64,000 nucleotides of DNA. Source: Prorocentrum cordatum. Taxonomy: Eukaryota. The notes under the pieces were generated by a model that had not been told where the DNA came from, ran no database searches, and saw only the letters and a list, made by a program, of their open reading frames with translations. The stretch lies in assembly GCA_963575745.1 (NCBI GenBank), contig CAUYUJ010000115.1, forward strand, positions 496,001 through 560,000. Reading direction: 5' to 3'. Below, in pieces: positions 46,710-58,781 of the stretch. Position 1 is the first letter of the stretch, and each line of letters begins with the position of its first letter. Both the position numbers and the translations under genes were made by a program.

Positions 46710-49700
46710 ATGCGCTTTTTGGAGATTTGGGAGGTGACCATAGGACTCAAGCGCACACGTATGCATGTGCCAAGGGGCTTCTCTCGAAGTATGATGTATG
46801 TGCTTTCCAGGAGACACGGGTGTTCAGGTGATTTGGGAACGCTCCAGAAAGAAGTTAAGTCGCACTCTCATTATGTGTTGTTTTGCTCTGCCGTGGGGGC
46901 TGGTGGAGTGGTGTTAAGTATCGCCAAGAAGTTGGCGACGAAGTTTTCGCATATAGTGCATCGTGTGCTCGTGCCTGGCCGTATCCATTGTCTGTCGTTC
47001 CTCTCCGACTTCGAATGTCTACAGGTGTTCAATATTCATATCGTTCCAGGTATCCCAGAAGCCCAGGTAAAACAACAGATGGACAAGATCAAACGCTACA
47101 TGCTCCCTCTCACCCCCTGCACCGTCGTCTTGATGGGCGATTTCAACTTTGCGGAGTCGGGCGAGGCCCGCCTGCAGACGCACGACGGAGTCGAGCGCGT
47201 GGGCGACAACCGGCTGTGCCTTGCTTTCCATCAACGGTTCCCTCGGTTTGCTGAACTCTCCCAACCTAGCTACACCTACCGACGTAAGACTGAGACGATG
47301 ATGACGCTATCCCGAATCGACCGTATATATACAAGTATGCCTACTGCTGACCTTTTAGACCTACATCCTCAATCAAATACTGTATGGCCTATTCAGAACC
47401 TCCGCAAGCCCTCTGACCATGCCCCGATCTTCCTCTCCCTGTTCCCGTTGACTGAGAAGCCAGACTTGCCGACTATACCTAGGTGGATTGCTACGCGCAG
47501 TAAGTTTCGAGAGATCCTGGACGAGGTCGTGGGCCCAGATGAGCTCCACGAGGCGCCCCCTGAGAGGCTCATGGAAATTAAAGACTGGTTCAGACACGCT
47601 GCCCACTGTACGCGGGTCCACGTTTTCTCTCAAGGTGCTTGCACCCCGTCCGAGAAAGTCTCATGCTGTACTAAGCTGCTAAGAGCATCCAGGGATGGTT
47701 TAACTGCTATCTGCAGGAAGGCTGTTCAGGCCTATGGCGAATTGGACAAGTACTTCAGCGTGGAATGCGACAGGTGGTTGGATATGCCTGGCTTTCACTT
47801 GTTGCCGAGTCGTCTGGTGCGTGAAGTTTTAGACCAATATGAGAGTAGCTCGTTCGAATCCGACCTCCCCCCCTGCGGTGATGGAAAAACACATTGAAAG
47901 AGTTCGACGACTTAGAGCTTGGCGAGCATCGAGGAGCCAGGTCACTCTCTCTGCAATTTTAGATCCGCGCGGTGCTGCCCATCGGGTGCCTGAAGAATGC
48001 GCGCGCACGCTTGCTGGCTATTGGTCAACTGTCTTTCAGTGTGGTGAGTCTGCTAACACGCATGCCAAGAAGTTCCTAGATCTGGTTCCCCAGCTCGAGC
48101 TAGATGACTACCAGTTCACCACCATAGACCACCAGAGATACCCCTGGGTTATCAGCCCCGATCAGTTTAGATACATCCTTTCGAAAAAAAGCATGACACG
48201 GCCCCTGGGCCCGACGGGCTCCCATACTCGGTGTGGACATGCGGGAATGAGGTGGTGGTGGAGGCCTTATATGCACATTACACACATGATGGCTGGTGGA
48301 GTGTTGCATGCATCATTTAACCACTGTAGGCTGGTAATTTTGCCGAAGGGGAATCTTCCCCAAGATGGGATGGCTGACAAACGACCCGAAGACACCCGGC
48401 CCTTGGCGCTCAGCAACACTGACCAGAAACTCATGGCCTCATGTCTGGCCTATCCGCTGAAAAATGTTGTTCGTGAAAAGCTCCACCCCGTCCAGCGCGG
48501 GTTTATTAATGGGAGGAACATGATCGATAATGTCCTGGAGTTTGAGGGGTCTACGGCCACATGGGGAGTTCTCTGCCAGGCAGACTCTGTTGGAGGCGCG
48601 ACCTTTGACCTGAAAGCTGCATTTCCGTCAATATATGTTTCGTGGCTCTTTGAGGTCCTGAAGGCTTTCAGGCTGCCACTTGCTGTTCGTGGTGCGCTTC
48701 GTGCTCTCTATCTGCAAGTGCATTGCTTTATTCAGTTCGGAGTGCACCTGTATCCAGGCTTTGAAGCACTTCGAGGCGTCCGCCAGGGGTGCCCACTGAG
48801 TGGGGAGAATCCAACTTCGGATTCCAATGGTGCCTTCAGCGTTTGCTGATGATATGTCGGCGATGGCTTTCAACATCTTCCGGGCTCTTCCAGGGATCCT
48901 AGCTCTGTTTCGTCTTTATGGGCCGTGCTCTGGATTGGTTCTCAACGTCAAGAAATGCAAGCTGATTTTATGTCAAAATCCTGGGGAGGAGGAGGTGTTG
49001 AGGAGGTTCCAGGAGATGGGGGTTGACGTCTCGGAATTTGGTATCGAGAATATGGTCATCACCTTTGGCATCCCTGTCGGTCGTGGTGCTCGTGCACACG
49101 CTTGGAGTATTGCCATCAGTAAAGTTCGAGCTCGCGCGAACGAGGTCAAGGCTCTAGGACTCGGGATGATTGAATCGGTCATAGCGTAACGTGGTCAAGG
49201 CTATAGGACTCGGGATGTTTGAATCGGTCATAGCGTACAACAGATACTGCGTCCCCATCCCCCCCCCCCCCCCCCCCACATCGCCCAGTGTCACATGATT
49301 ACGAAACTTGCCCTCGGGAATGAAAAAGAAAGCCATCAACTGCTCGCGGGAGCCCCGAGACATTCGTTTCCTCCGCAGGCGCTTTGTAGACTCCAGGAGC
49401 TCGGCAGCCCCGTGGAGTGCAGGAGTTTGAAGGTGGTCTCCTGGGCCACCATGCTGCGGGCGGCGATCCGCTCGGACTCTTTCTCGAGGTTGAGAGAAAA
49501 TTTCAAGATTTCCATCGACGGCGACTATTGTGATATCTCTTGCAAGTTTAATGCGTACTTGGTGGACTCGATTTTTCTACAATATGCATTGTCTGTATGA
49601 ATGGTTTTGTACGATAAAGAACATAGATGAGCTCCCTTATCCTAAGGTCCAGCCTGCAATAATCAAGATATTGAAACAGCGTGAAGACAATGTGATGTGT

Positions 49701-50258
49701 CCCATCGGTTCGGTGATTGCTCCTCGTCTGGTCAAGATGTTAGGCCCTCTTCATATTGATGCTGTTGATCGCACCATCCTCAGACTCAACCTCATGCAAA
49801 CTCGTAAACTCCCGTCGTTCATGATCGTCAGTGTCCTCAAATCGATCTTCAATGCGTGGAATACAGCACGTCGCTACCGACAACAACAATGCCCTTGTGT
49901 GTTTGGATGTGGAGCCCAGGCCTCAGATTCCATGGAGCACGATATGGTATGTCCTGTATTGGTCCCGAAAGTTAGACATCATCTTCATTATCTACCCCTG
50001 AGCTGGGGCACGAATGCACACAATGCCATTTTCTTTCATTTATATGACTTATCTTCCGAGCTTGCCGCTGCTGGTGCCCCCGCTCCTCCCTCGTCGGCCT
50101 CCCTCCTCTCGCATGCTGTTGCAATCGACGCGGTTCACTCAGTCTTTTCCGCCCTCAGGTGCCATCCCAGCTCTCCCCAAAGGTCCAGGGAGCTGCTGCT
50201 GGCCCGACTCCGCTGTGCGGCACGGCGATCCCGGCTCGTCCGTGCCCTCTGCCGCTAG
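46710..50258 (+). pseudogene. LINE ORF2 (APE endonuclease, RT, C-terminal zinc knuckle), frameshifted
   Basis: APE: VLMGDFN, LSRIDRIY, PSDHAPI. RT: ILPKG, RPLALSNTDQK, QRGFINGR, DLKAAFPSI, GVRQGCPLSG, AFADD. C-terminus: CVFGC...DSMEHDMVC. Split over at least five ORFs. Confidence 0.92.
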
Positions 50259-51272
50259 GCGCTTCCTGTTTTTGTGCGTCTCGTCGTTTGCGTGTCCCCT
50301 TTCCGCCCCTTCTTCCTGCTCTCGGGCTCCGCCCTAGGCTCTGTGGGTGCAGGTCTCTGGAGGCAGCGTTGGGCCCCGTTAGTGTCGGCGCGGCGGTCGA
50401 CATTGACGTGTCCTCTCAGGGGTGCCACTCCTCCTCCTCGTCCTCCTCCCCCTCCCTCCGCCTCCTCCCTTTTCCTCCTCCTCCTCCTCCTCCTCCTCCT
50501 CCTCCTCCTCCTCCTCCTCCTCCTCCTCCTCCTCACCCCCCTCCTCCTTCTCTCCCCCCTACCCCCTTTTGCGCGTGGCCGACGGCCGCCCTCGGCCCAG
50601 CTGCGAACAGAGGACGGGCGCCCGCCGCGGTCCGGCGCCGGTGCCGGCGCCGCCGCGGGGCCGCAGCAGAGCCGGGCCCTCGCGCTCCCCCTTTGGCTCC
50701 TCCTCTGCTCCCCCGCCGTCCTCCCTCCTCCTCCCACGCCTTCCTCCCTCCCTCTCTCCCTCACTGCCTCCCTCCCCCCTCCTCCTACTCCTTTTTCCTC
50801 CTCCTGCTCCTCCTCTCCTCCTCCCCTCCTCCTCCTCCTCCTCCTCCTCCTCCTCCTCCTCCTCCTCCTCCTCCTCCTCCTCCTCCTCCTCTTCCCATGG
50901 CGCATAACACAACCGAAGGACTGTCATAGCACAAAGAGTCGGCTGCCGATTTCGGTCCACGGTGCTTCAGGGATATCCTTCTTCAACATGGGTGGAGTCG
51001 ACTGACGCGTCTGCTGAAAAGACGTCCTATCCCTAATGTGTTTGGTCCTCCTAACTTAGGCCCCCTCCCAAAGGATAGGGATGCTTTCATTGTTTTCACC
51101 CTCCTCCTCCGTACAATGTCTAAATACGACTGCTACCCTTCTCTTTCCCCAGATGCTGTCCGAGCGAGGACCCCCCCTCTTCCGCATATTGCCTCTTGAC
51201 GCTCAGGATTTCAGACATTCCTCAGACAGTGTCTGCATTTTGAGGTTTTTTTGTTTGTGTTGTGAAGCACCT

Positions 51273-51469
51273 GGCCTGGCTGCCCATCTAGCGGCTACAT
51301 GCTCGCCGTCGCCGCCCCGTTGCCGCCTCAGCGTCGCCCGTCGTCTGGGCCTGGCTACCGGTCTTGCGGCTCCGTGCTCGCCGTCATCGCCCCGTCGCCG
51401 CCCTGTCGCGGCCAGTCGTCTCGGCTTGACTGTAGGTCTGGCGGCTCCGTCCTCACAGTCGCCGCCTAG
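51273..51469. repeat. 75-bp tandem repeat, ~2.6 copies
   Basis: GGCCTGGCT...GCGGCT...GCTCGCCGTC...GCCCCGT.GCCGCC...GTCGTCT repeated at 51273, 51348 and 51423. Confidence 0.75.
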
Positions 51470-52691
51470 ATTCCCCTGTCTGAAAGAGAATGAACTCCAC
51501 CACCACCCCGAGGGAGGGATTAACCGCCCGCTATTTATTATTGCAATTCGCTCATGATTCTGCCCCACCGTACATCCTAGATCTGAACTCAGACCATGCC
51601 AACCAGGTCACGATCGACCACCCCACACTCATCTTTTGCAACAGATATCATGCGCGCCATGATCAATAGTCCCTAGCAAAGGAAACGGGACGAAGTGCAC
51701 ACGCCATCGTCGTCGCGCGCGCATCCAAATGTTTTTCAAAACCGTAGGCTCCGTGAGGATTTCCAAATTGAGTGCCCCGAAACCGCATTGAAAACATGGT
51801 TTTTGCAACATCAGTTTTCGACGAACAAAAAGGTCTGCACCTCATCGCATTCGACCAAGCGGGCCCCTCGCGCGCGCATGTCGGAATCCGAACGCCCTTG
51901 TGCGCGCGCTGGGGCGGCACGATTCGATTCTTTTCAAATGATGCAATGCGGGTCACTTGCGCGCGTCGGCTGCGCGCGCATGGAAAGCCTTTTTTCTTCA
52001 AAACTTTCACCACTGCCGCGGGGACACCATCATCGTTATCGGTGCGGTCACCATCGGTGCCATCATTGGATTTGCCGTGGTCATCGTCATCGTCGCTCAC
52101 TATCATCGCTATTATCATCATCGTGCTTGCCGTTGCCGACGTCGCTCTGGTACCACGTCCGCCCAAGTTACCGACTCGCACTGAAGAGCCCGCGTGTCAC
52201 CGCGGTCTGCGAGATGCGTTGGGAATTTCCCAGCGGTCAGCACCACCGCAGTCGCGTCGGTCGCGCCAACCTAGATGGCCGCTGTGCGCGCGATCGTGCG
52301 CGGGTGAGCGCGGCCGTTCAGATGCACAAACCATCACCAGGCACTCATCGCAATCGCTGCCGCATGGGTTTTGCAACTCAAATTGCGGGTGGATGGGTGG
52401 GATGGTTGCGCGAGCAGTGGAGTTGATAAGTCCAAGTCTGTACAACATCGATTGCACCGCGTTGATTGTTTCACACATGTTGCACACGCTGTATGTATAT
52501 ATATATATATATGTATATATATATACATGTGGCAACATTGAGATTGCACCACGTCGACTGAGCCGCATATATTGCACCGCGTATATTGCATCACGAAGTT
52601 TGCATCGCACACATATGCTTGAGAAACGGTTCGGTGGTGTGCAACGGTGGGAACTTCGCTCGCCGATCGAGGCCGTTTCGACCGTTAGGAA

Positions 52692-53250
52692 ATGCTGCGT
52701 CGGAAGGAGGAGGGGTCCCTTGACCCGAGCGCCGACAAGGTGGAGGGCGCCACGGCCGAGGCAGCGAATGACCTCAACGCGGCGCCGGGCGCGGAGTTCT
52801 CGCATGCCGAAGGGAAGCCCCAGTACGCCCACCTGGACACGGCTGGGCCGCCGCTCAGTTTCGACCACAGCTGGGGCGATCTGCAAAAACGGGCGGCGCG
52901 CATCAGCAGACACGCCTTGCTCCGCTGCGGCGTGGTGCCGCCGCCGGGAGCGAGATTTGTCGTCTGTCTGGGTTGCGGGGGGGTCAGGACGCCGAGCAAA
53001 CTCCTGAAGGCGTGCTGCGGGTTGTTCGAAGCCCGTGCGGGCCGCGAGCAGCTGCGCTTCAGCAGCCAGGGCAGGTGGCCGCAGTACCAGCCCGGCCGCC
53101 ACCATGAGACGCCGGAGGGGCCGAGGGCATTCAACGCCGAGGAGACGGGACAGCCGGAAAGTGCCCTCGGCGGCATGCCCACCAAACGTGCCCGCGCGGC
53201 AGCTGGGGATCCGGCGGGCCGCGCCGCGACGGGCATTTGCTACGAGTCGC
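52692..53250 (+). mobile_element. Probable 5'-truncated 3' end of a LINE related in architecture to 34939-42390
   Basis: SRHALL...FVVCLGCGG...LLKACCG...GREQLR resembles HPTHSL...LWCAKCA...LPVPCPG...GREALR at 42061-42220. Confidence 0.5.
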
Positions 53251-55859
53251 TGCGCGGCGGCATCTCCTCGCGGCCTTCGGCCTGCACGCGGCGGAACTCG
53301 AAGGCGCGCGGCCGCGGCGCAGGCGAGAAGCTTTGCCCCCAAGCTCGGAGGACGAGGGGTTCGGGTCCGAAAAGGAGCAGGTGGAGTTTTGCTTGGTCTT
53401 GGGCACGGCCTGAGGCTGCACTGGCACCGGGCTTCACCTCTTTCTTCTCAGATCCTCTTGGTTCCTCCCTTTTCTCCCTCCTTCCCGTGCGAAATACGAA
53501 CCTGAACCCGCAGGGGTGTGTCTCAATTTCTTCGGTCGGCGGTGGACCCGCATCTCTTCCTAGCGTGGTCAGCGCACCGGGAGTGGCGCCCGAGGCGCCG
53601 CCAGGGGCTGTGGGGAGGCGAACCCCGCCGTGCTCTTCGGCGTGGCCGCCTGCCTCGCGCACTCGCTGGCGGCCTTCGCGGCGGCGGCGGCGGCGGGGGC
53701 CCACGCCTCCGACCTCCTGCGGACAACGTCCCCGTACTTCGAGGAGCTCGCGAGGGGTGTCGGGCCTGGCGACGCAGGCACGATTATGCAGACTGTGAGC
53801 GGCGCCGCGCGGCTCTTGGACGCCGCAGCGCCCGGTGCTCTGCTGGTGGCGGCCCAGGAGCTTGCCAGCACCGCCATCAGTGGGATCCAGCCGAAGGGCG
53901 GACCACCAGAATCGGCCCCTCCCGCCGCCGATGTGGCGGGGGCGACAGACCACTCCACTCCGAGGCCAGCAGGGCAGAACACGGCCGCTATTTCTTTTAG
54001 CCGGAGTTATTGAAATGAACACTTTTCGTTCACAACTTCATGCATGTTTCGACCTGCTTCTGCCGACCGAAGTTCACAAACAAAGCGCATCGCAATCATG
54101 AGTCACTTCTCAAGAATGCCCCTGCATCCTTGCCTCTCGGCCCATGCTGACCCCCACCCGTGTGCCGAGGGCCGTGGGCTTCCAGATTCGGCTCCATTTG
54201 AGCGTCCGAGGGCACTGCGTCCCCGATGCGCGTCCTCAGGACCCACCCGATCGCGCTGTGCGTGCACGTGCGTGCTTGCGACGGGCCGCAGGGCCTCCAA
54301 TGGCAGCCCGGCGCGCGGCCGGAGCGCTGGCTCGCCGCCTCCGAGCAGGTCGAGTCGGAGCAGCGGTTGGGCGCGGAGGATCGCGGCGGCCCCCGCTGCC
54401 GCCGTCGCCGCCGCCGTCGCTGGAGGGGAAGGGGGGGGGCGGAGGGCGAAAAGGGGGTCCGGACAGGAGGAGGGCGCGGGCGCGGGCGCAGGAGGGGGGA
54501 GAGGTGAGAGGAGAGAGGGGAGGGCGGCGCAAGGAGGCGAAGGCGAAGGAGGGGGATCTGGAGAAAGGAGGCGGAGGAGGCGAAGGCGAAGGCGAACGCG
54601 AAGGCGGAGGGAGGAGGCGGGAGGAGGAGGAGGAGGAGAAGCAGGAGGAGGTAGAGGAACAGGAGGCGACTGTGAATATGCGAGGACAGGGACGAGGGAG
54701 GCGAGGGAGAGTTGGAGGCCCAGCTTCGGGCGTGTCACGAAAGCGAGGGATAATTTCCGCGGCTTGGCTCCGAGGACGAAATGCGGGAGGAATCACAGCA
54801 GTAATCGGAGATAGGCCAAATAGAGGGAGACGAGTGTGGATCGTGATGAGGGGGCCGACGTCTAGCGGTCGTCGGGAGGGGTACAACGAGGAGGAGGAGG
54901 AGGAGGAGGAGCAAGCAAGCAAGCAAGAACTCTCGGGTGCAGTCGATGGTCGGGCCTCGACGTGAAAACAAAAAATTAGCACCTGAGTGGCTGCAGTGCC
55001 GCAACTTCCCTCACCAGCAGGCGCTGCTGGTGGGGACACCACCTGAGGCCCTCGACCCGCCCTTCGGCTGGGGGATGCCAGCTAGGGGGGTGATGGGCAC
55101 CACCCCTACAGATACCAAATTACCTAGGCGGCCGCGCACGAGGACCTCGGGAAGATCGCCTCGGCATCCGCACGAACGAATCCGACAGGCCACGAATCGG
55201 TCGCAATCCAGGAGGACGAGGGGGAGGCTCAGAGGGAGGAGGAGCAGGGGACAAGAATCCTCTCGCGACTAACTCGGCCAGCCTTTGACTACGGGCTAAA
55301 TTCGGGGGGAGGTCAGACACGCTCGGCAGGACACGGCTGGAGCAAACCTCGGACCCCCTCCCCTCACTTCTAGACAAAAAAAAGAGGAGGAGGAGGAGGA
55401 GGAGGAGGCGGGCGGTCATCCAAGTAACGGGCCCCAGATGCCGAACCCGAGGAATAACCACCCGAGATTTAGAATAGGCCTGCGCTCCACGCCACCGCCG
55501 CGGGGAGAATGATTTTCATTCGTTGAAGCCATAACCTCCGTGAGGGGGGGAGGATCCCCTCCCCTCTCCCTGTCATGGTAACGAACTTACGAGGAGGCGG
55601 GGGGCAACCCCCCAACTAATGTGGTGCTGCGCTCATATGAGCGTTGCAAAAAAAACGGGGTCGTCCTCGCCGACATTGGCGCGTAAGCTCCCCGCGTAAG
55701 GTTGCGCGTAAGCGCCCTCGTCTCCAAAGTAGGGTGCCGCGCTGGCGGCCCTCGTAAGCTGCGGCGTAAGGTCGCTACGCCATCTCGCGTAAGACCAGCT
55801 TTTTATCGTCGCTCATGCACGGTGTGGTGTTGACAGGCATGGGATAGCCTACAGACTCT

Positions 55860-57027
55860 TCCAGAGGCGGCCGACGTCGCCGTCATCGTTATTGTCGTCG
55901 TCGTCGTCGCCCTCGTCGTCGTCGTCTTCGTCGTCGTCGTTTCCGAGTGCCTCGAAGGGCCTGCTGACGCCCTCAGGGGCCTCCGGAAATCTCCTGAGGC
56001 CTCGACCTCAGGAGACTTTCAGATGTGGTTGTCGTCGTCATCGTCTCTGATGGCCTCGAAGGGCCTCCAGACGCCTCCAGAGGCCTCCAGGTCCCCCCCG
56101 AAGCCTGAGAAGACCTCTGTAGAACTTCAATGGTGGTGGTCGCGGTCGTCGTCATCGTCGTCGTCGTTGTCGACGTGGTCGTCGTCCTGTTGTCGTCGGC
56201 GTCGGCGTCGTCGTCGTCGTACTCGGTGTCGTGAACCAAAGTCGTCGTCGTGGTGTGGTGGTCACGTCGTCGTCATCGTCGCTCTCGTCCTCGTCCTCGT
56301 CCTCCTCGTCGTCCTCGTCGTTCTCGTCGTTGTCGTCTCCCTCGTCGTCGTCATGATTATCGTCGTCGTTCTCTTCGGCGTCGTCGTCGTAGTCTCCAAA
56401 TGCCTCGACAGGCCTGTAGACGCCTTCAGAGGCCTCAAGAGATCTCCCGAGGCCTCCAGAGGCCTCTGGAGACCTTCAGTGGCGGTCGTCGTCGTCGTCG
56501 TCGTCGTCCTGTCGTCCTCATCGTCGGCGTTGGCGTCGTCGTCCTCGTCCTCGGCTTCGTCCCCAACGTCGTCGTCGTGGTGTGGTGATCACGTCTTCGT
56601 CATCTTCGTCGTTGTTCTCGTTCTTGTTCTTGTCGTTTTCTGTCGTCGTCGTTGCCGTCGTTGCCGTCATCGTCGTTGTCGTCGTCGACGTCGTCGTCGT
56701 CGTCGTCGTCGACCTCATCGTCGATATCGTCTCAGAGTGCCTCAAATGGCCGGCAAACGTCTTCAGAGGACGCCAGAGATCTTCCGAGGCCTCCAGAGAT
56801 TTCTTGAGACCTTCAGATGCTGCCGTCGCCGTAGCCTCGCCGTAGCCGTCGTCGTAGTCGTCATAGTCGTCGTCGCCGTCGTCGTCATCGTCGTCGTCTC
56901 GTCTCAGAGGGCCTCGAAGGTCCTCCAGACGCTTCCAGAGCCCGAAGGGACCCCGAAGCCCGTGGAGACCTCTGGAGATCTTCAGTGGCGGCCGTATACA
57001 TCGTCGTCGTCTTCGTCATCGTCTTGT

Positions 57028-57078
<51 letters not shown>

Positions 57079-58125
57079 TGTCGGCGTCGTCGTCGTCGTC
57101 GTCCTCGTCCCCAACGTCGTCTTCGTGGTGTGGTGCTCACGTCGTCGTAGTCGTTGTCGTCCTCGTCATCGTCGTCGCTACCGTCATCGTCATTGTCGTC
57201 CAGGTCGTCATCGTCATGGGACCTCGAAGGCCCTCCAGACGCCTTCAGGGGACTCCAGAACCCCCCGAAGCATTCGAAGACCTAGACATGTTTAGTAGCG
57301 GTTGTCGTTCTCGTCGTTCTCGTCGTTCTCGTCGTCGTCGTCGTCCTGTCGTCGTCGTCGCCGTCGTCCTCGTCGTCGTCGTCATCCAGTTGTTGTCGTC
57401 GTCGACGGCGTCGTCGTCAAGCCCTCGTACTCGCTGTGGTCGTTCTCGTCGTCGGCGTCGTCGTCGTCGTCGTTGTCGTTCTCGTCGTCGTCCCCGTCCG
57501 CGTCATCCTCGTCGTCGTCATGTCCGAGGGCTTCGAAGGGCCTGCAGACGCCTCAGGAGGCCTCTGGAGACATCCTGAGGCATCTGGAGACTTCCAGAGG
57601 CCTGCAGTGGCGGCCCTCGGCATCATCGTTGTCGTCGAGATCGTGGTCGCCCCCGTCGCCTGTGTCGTCGTCGTCGTCGTCGTCAACGTCGTCGTCCTCT
57701 CCGCGTGGCCCGAAGGGCCTCCATAGGCCTCCAGTAACTTCCAAAAGCCTCTGGAGGCCTCTGGAGATCTTCAAGGCGGCCGTCCTCCTCGTCATCCTCG
57801 TCCTCGTCGTCGTCCTCGTCGTCTTCGTCGTGCTTGCCCTCGCCCTCGTCGTTGTCGTTATCGTCGACGTCGGCGTCGGCGATGTGGTTTTCGTCGTCGT
57901 TCTCGTCGTGCTCCCAACCCTCGTTCTCGTCCTTGTCGTCGTCGTCTTCTCCGAGGGCCTGGAAAGGCCTCCAGACGCCTTCAGGGGCCTCTGGAGACAT
58001 CCTCAGGCCTGCTGAGTCTTCTGGAGGCCTTCGGTGGCGGCCGTCGTCGTACGTAATCGTGGACATCGCCGTCGCCATTCTAGTAGTCGTCGTTGTCGTC
58101 CTCGTCGTCGTAGCCGTCGCCGTCC
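55860..58125. repeat. Composite satellite: (GTC)n tracts alternating with a ~90-bp GAGGCCTC/CCAGAG module
   Basis: Module GAGGGCCTCGAAGGGCCTCCAGACGCCTTCAGGGGCCTCTGGAGAC...TGGCGG seen about 9 times (near 55945, 56045, 56395, 56735, 56905, 57220, 57525, 57705, 57950). Confidence 0.85.
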
Positions 58126-58167
58126 GGCGCCCAGGCCCACCCCCCCCTGTGGGGCCCGCTCGCCTTG

Positions 58168-58342
58168 CAGTAAACCCGCATAGTACGGATGGGCAACCTT
58201 CCTAAGGGTGCCCTTGCATCCTTGCCTCCTCGGTCCATCCTTCGCCGCTTTTGCTGGCCGCGCCCCGCTCGAACAGCTTCGACATGGGCATCCAAGGCCC
58301 TTGCATCCTTATCGCGCATCCTTACCATACTGGTTGACTGTA
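58168..58342. mobile_element. MITE family E, copy 2
   Basis: CAGTAAACCCGCATAGTACGGATG ... CATCCTTACCATACTGGTTGACTGTA; internal sequence homologous to 32400-32574. Confidence 0.7.
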
Positions 58343-58560
58343 CCGTTACCCCCCAAAGGGGGCCCGCCCCCCGCCCCCCGTCACGGACGTCATGGAGGGG
58401 AAACACAAAACCCCTTCGGGAGGGCGGATGCGGCCAACCTCTCCGTCCTCCCTGGCCGCCGCCGCCGCCGCCCGCCGCAGCGTCTGGCGGCACTCTGGGG
58501 AGCAGCAGCGCGGCTCCCTGGCCTCCACGTTCCATGACAAGGCACGGTCAGGGCTGCGAG

Positions 58561-58781
58561 GATGGGCCTGTTTTCCACCACCACCACCACCACCATCAGG
58601 TGGAGGGGGAGGGGGTCCTCGTCCTCCTCCCCCCCCACCTCCTCCTCCTCCTCCTCCTCCTCCTCCTCCTCCTCCACCTCCTCCTCCTCCTCCTCGTCGT
58701 CGTCGTCGTCCTACTCCTCCTCGTCCTCCACCTCCTTCCCCCCTACAGCTCATGGTGGTGGTGGTGGAAAACAGGCCCATC
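58561..58781. mobile_element. MITE with perfect 29-bp TIRs and a (CCT)n core
   Basis: GATGGGCCTGTTTTCCACCACCACCACCA ... TGGTGGTGGTGGTGGAAAACAGGCCCATC; flanks CTGCGAG / ATGCGAG resemble a 7-bp TSD with one mismatch. Confidence 0.85.

Larger units (their letters stand above)
45352..50428 (+). mobile_element. Apparently full-length L1/Tx1-like LINE
   Basis: SL, intact ORF1, frameshifted APE-RT-CCHC ORF2, and a ~170-bp 3' UTR running into (CCT)n. Confidence 0.9.

Noticed and set aside
54960..55640. Possible retroelement 3' end (A8 at ~55376-55383) and a structured RNA
   Set aside because: No coding motif, second copy or convincing fold could be established by eye.
56023..58205. Ser/Arg/Val-rich ORFs
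   Set aside because: Products of the (GTC)n composite satellite.
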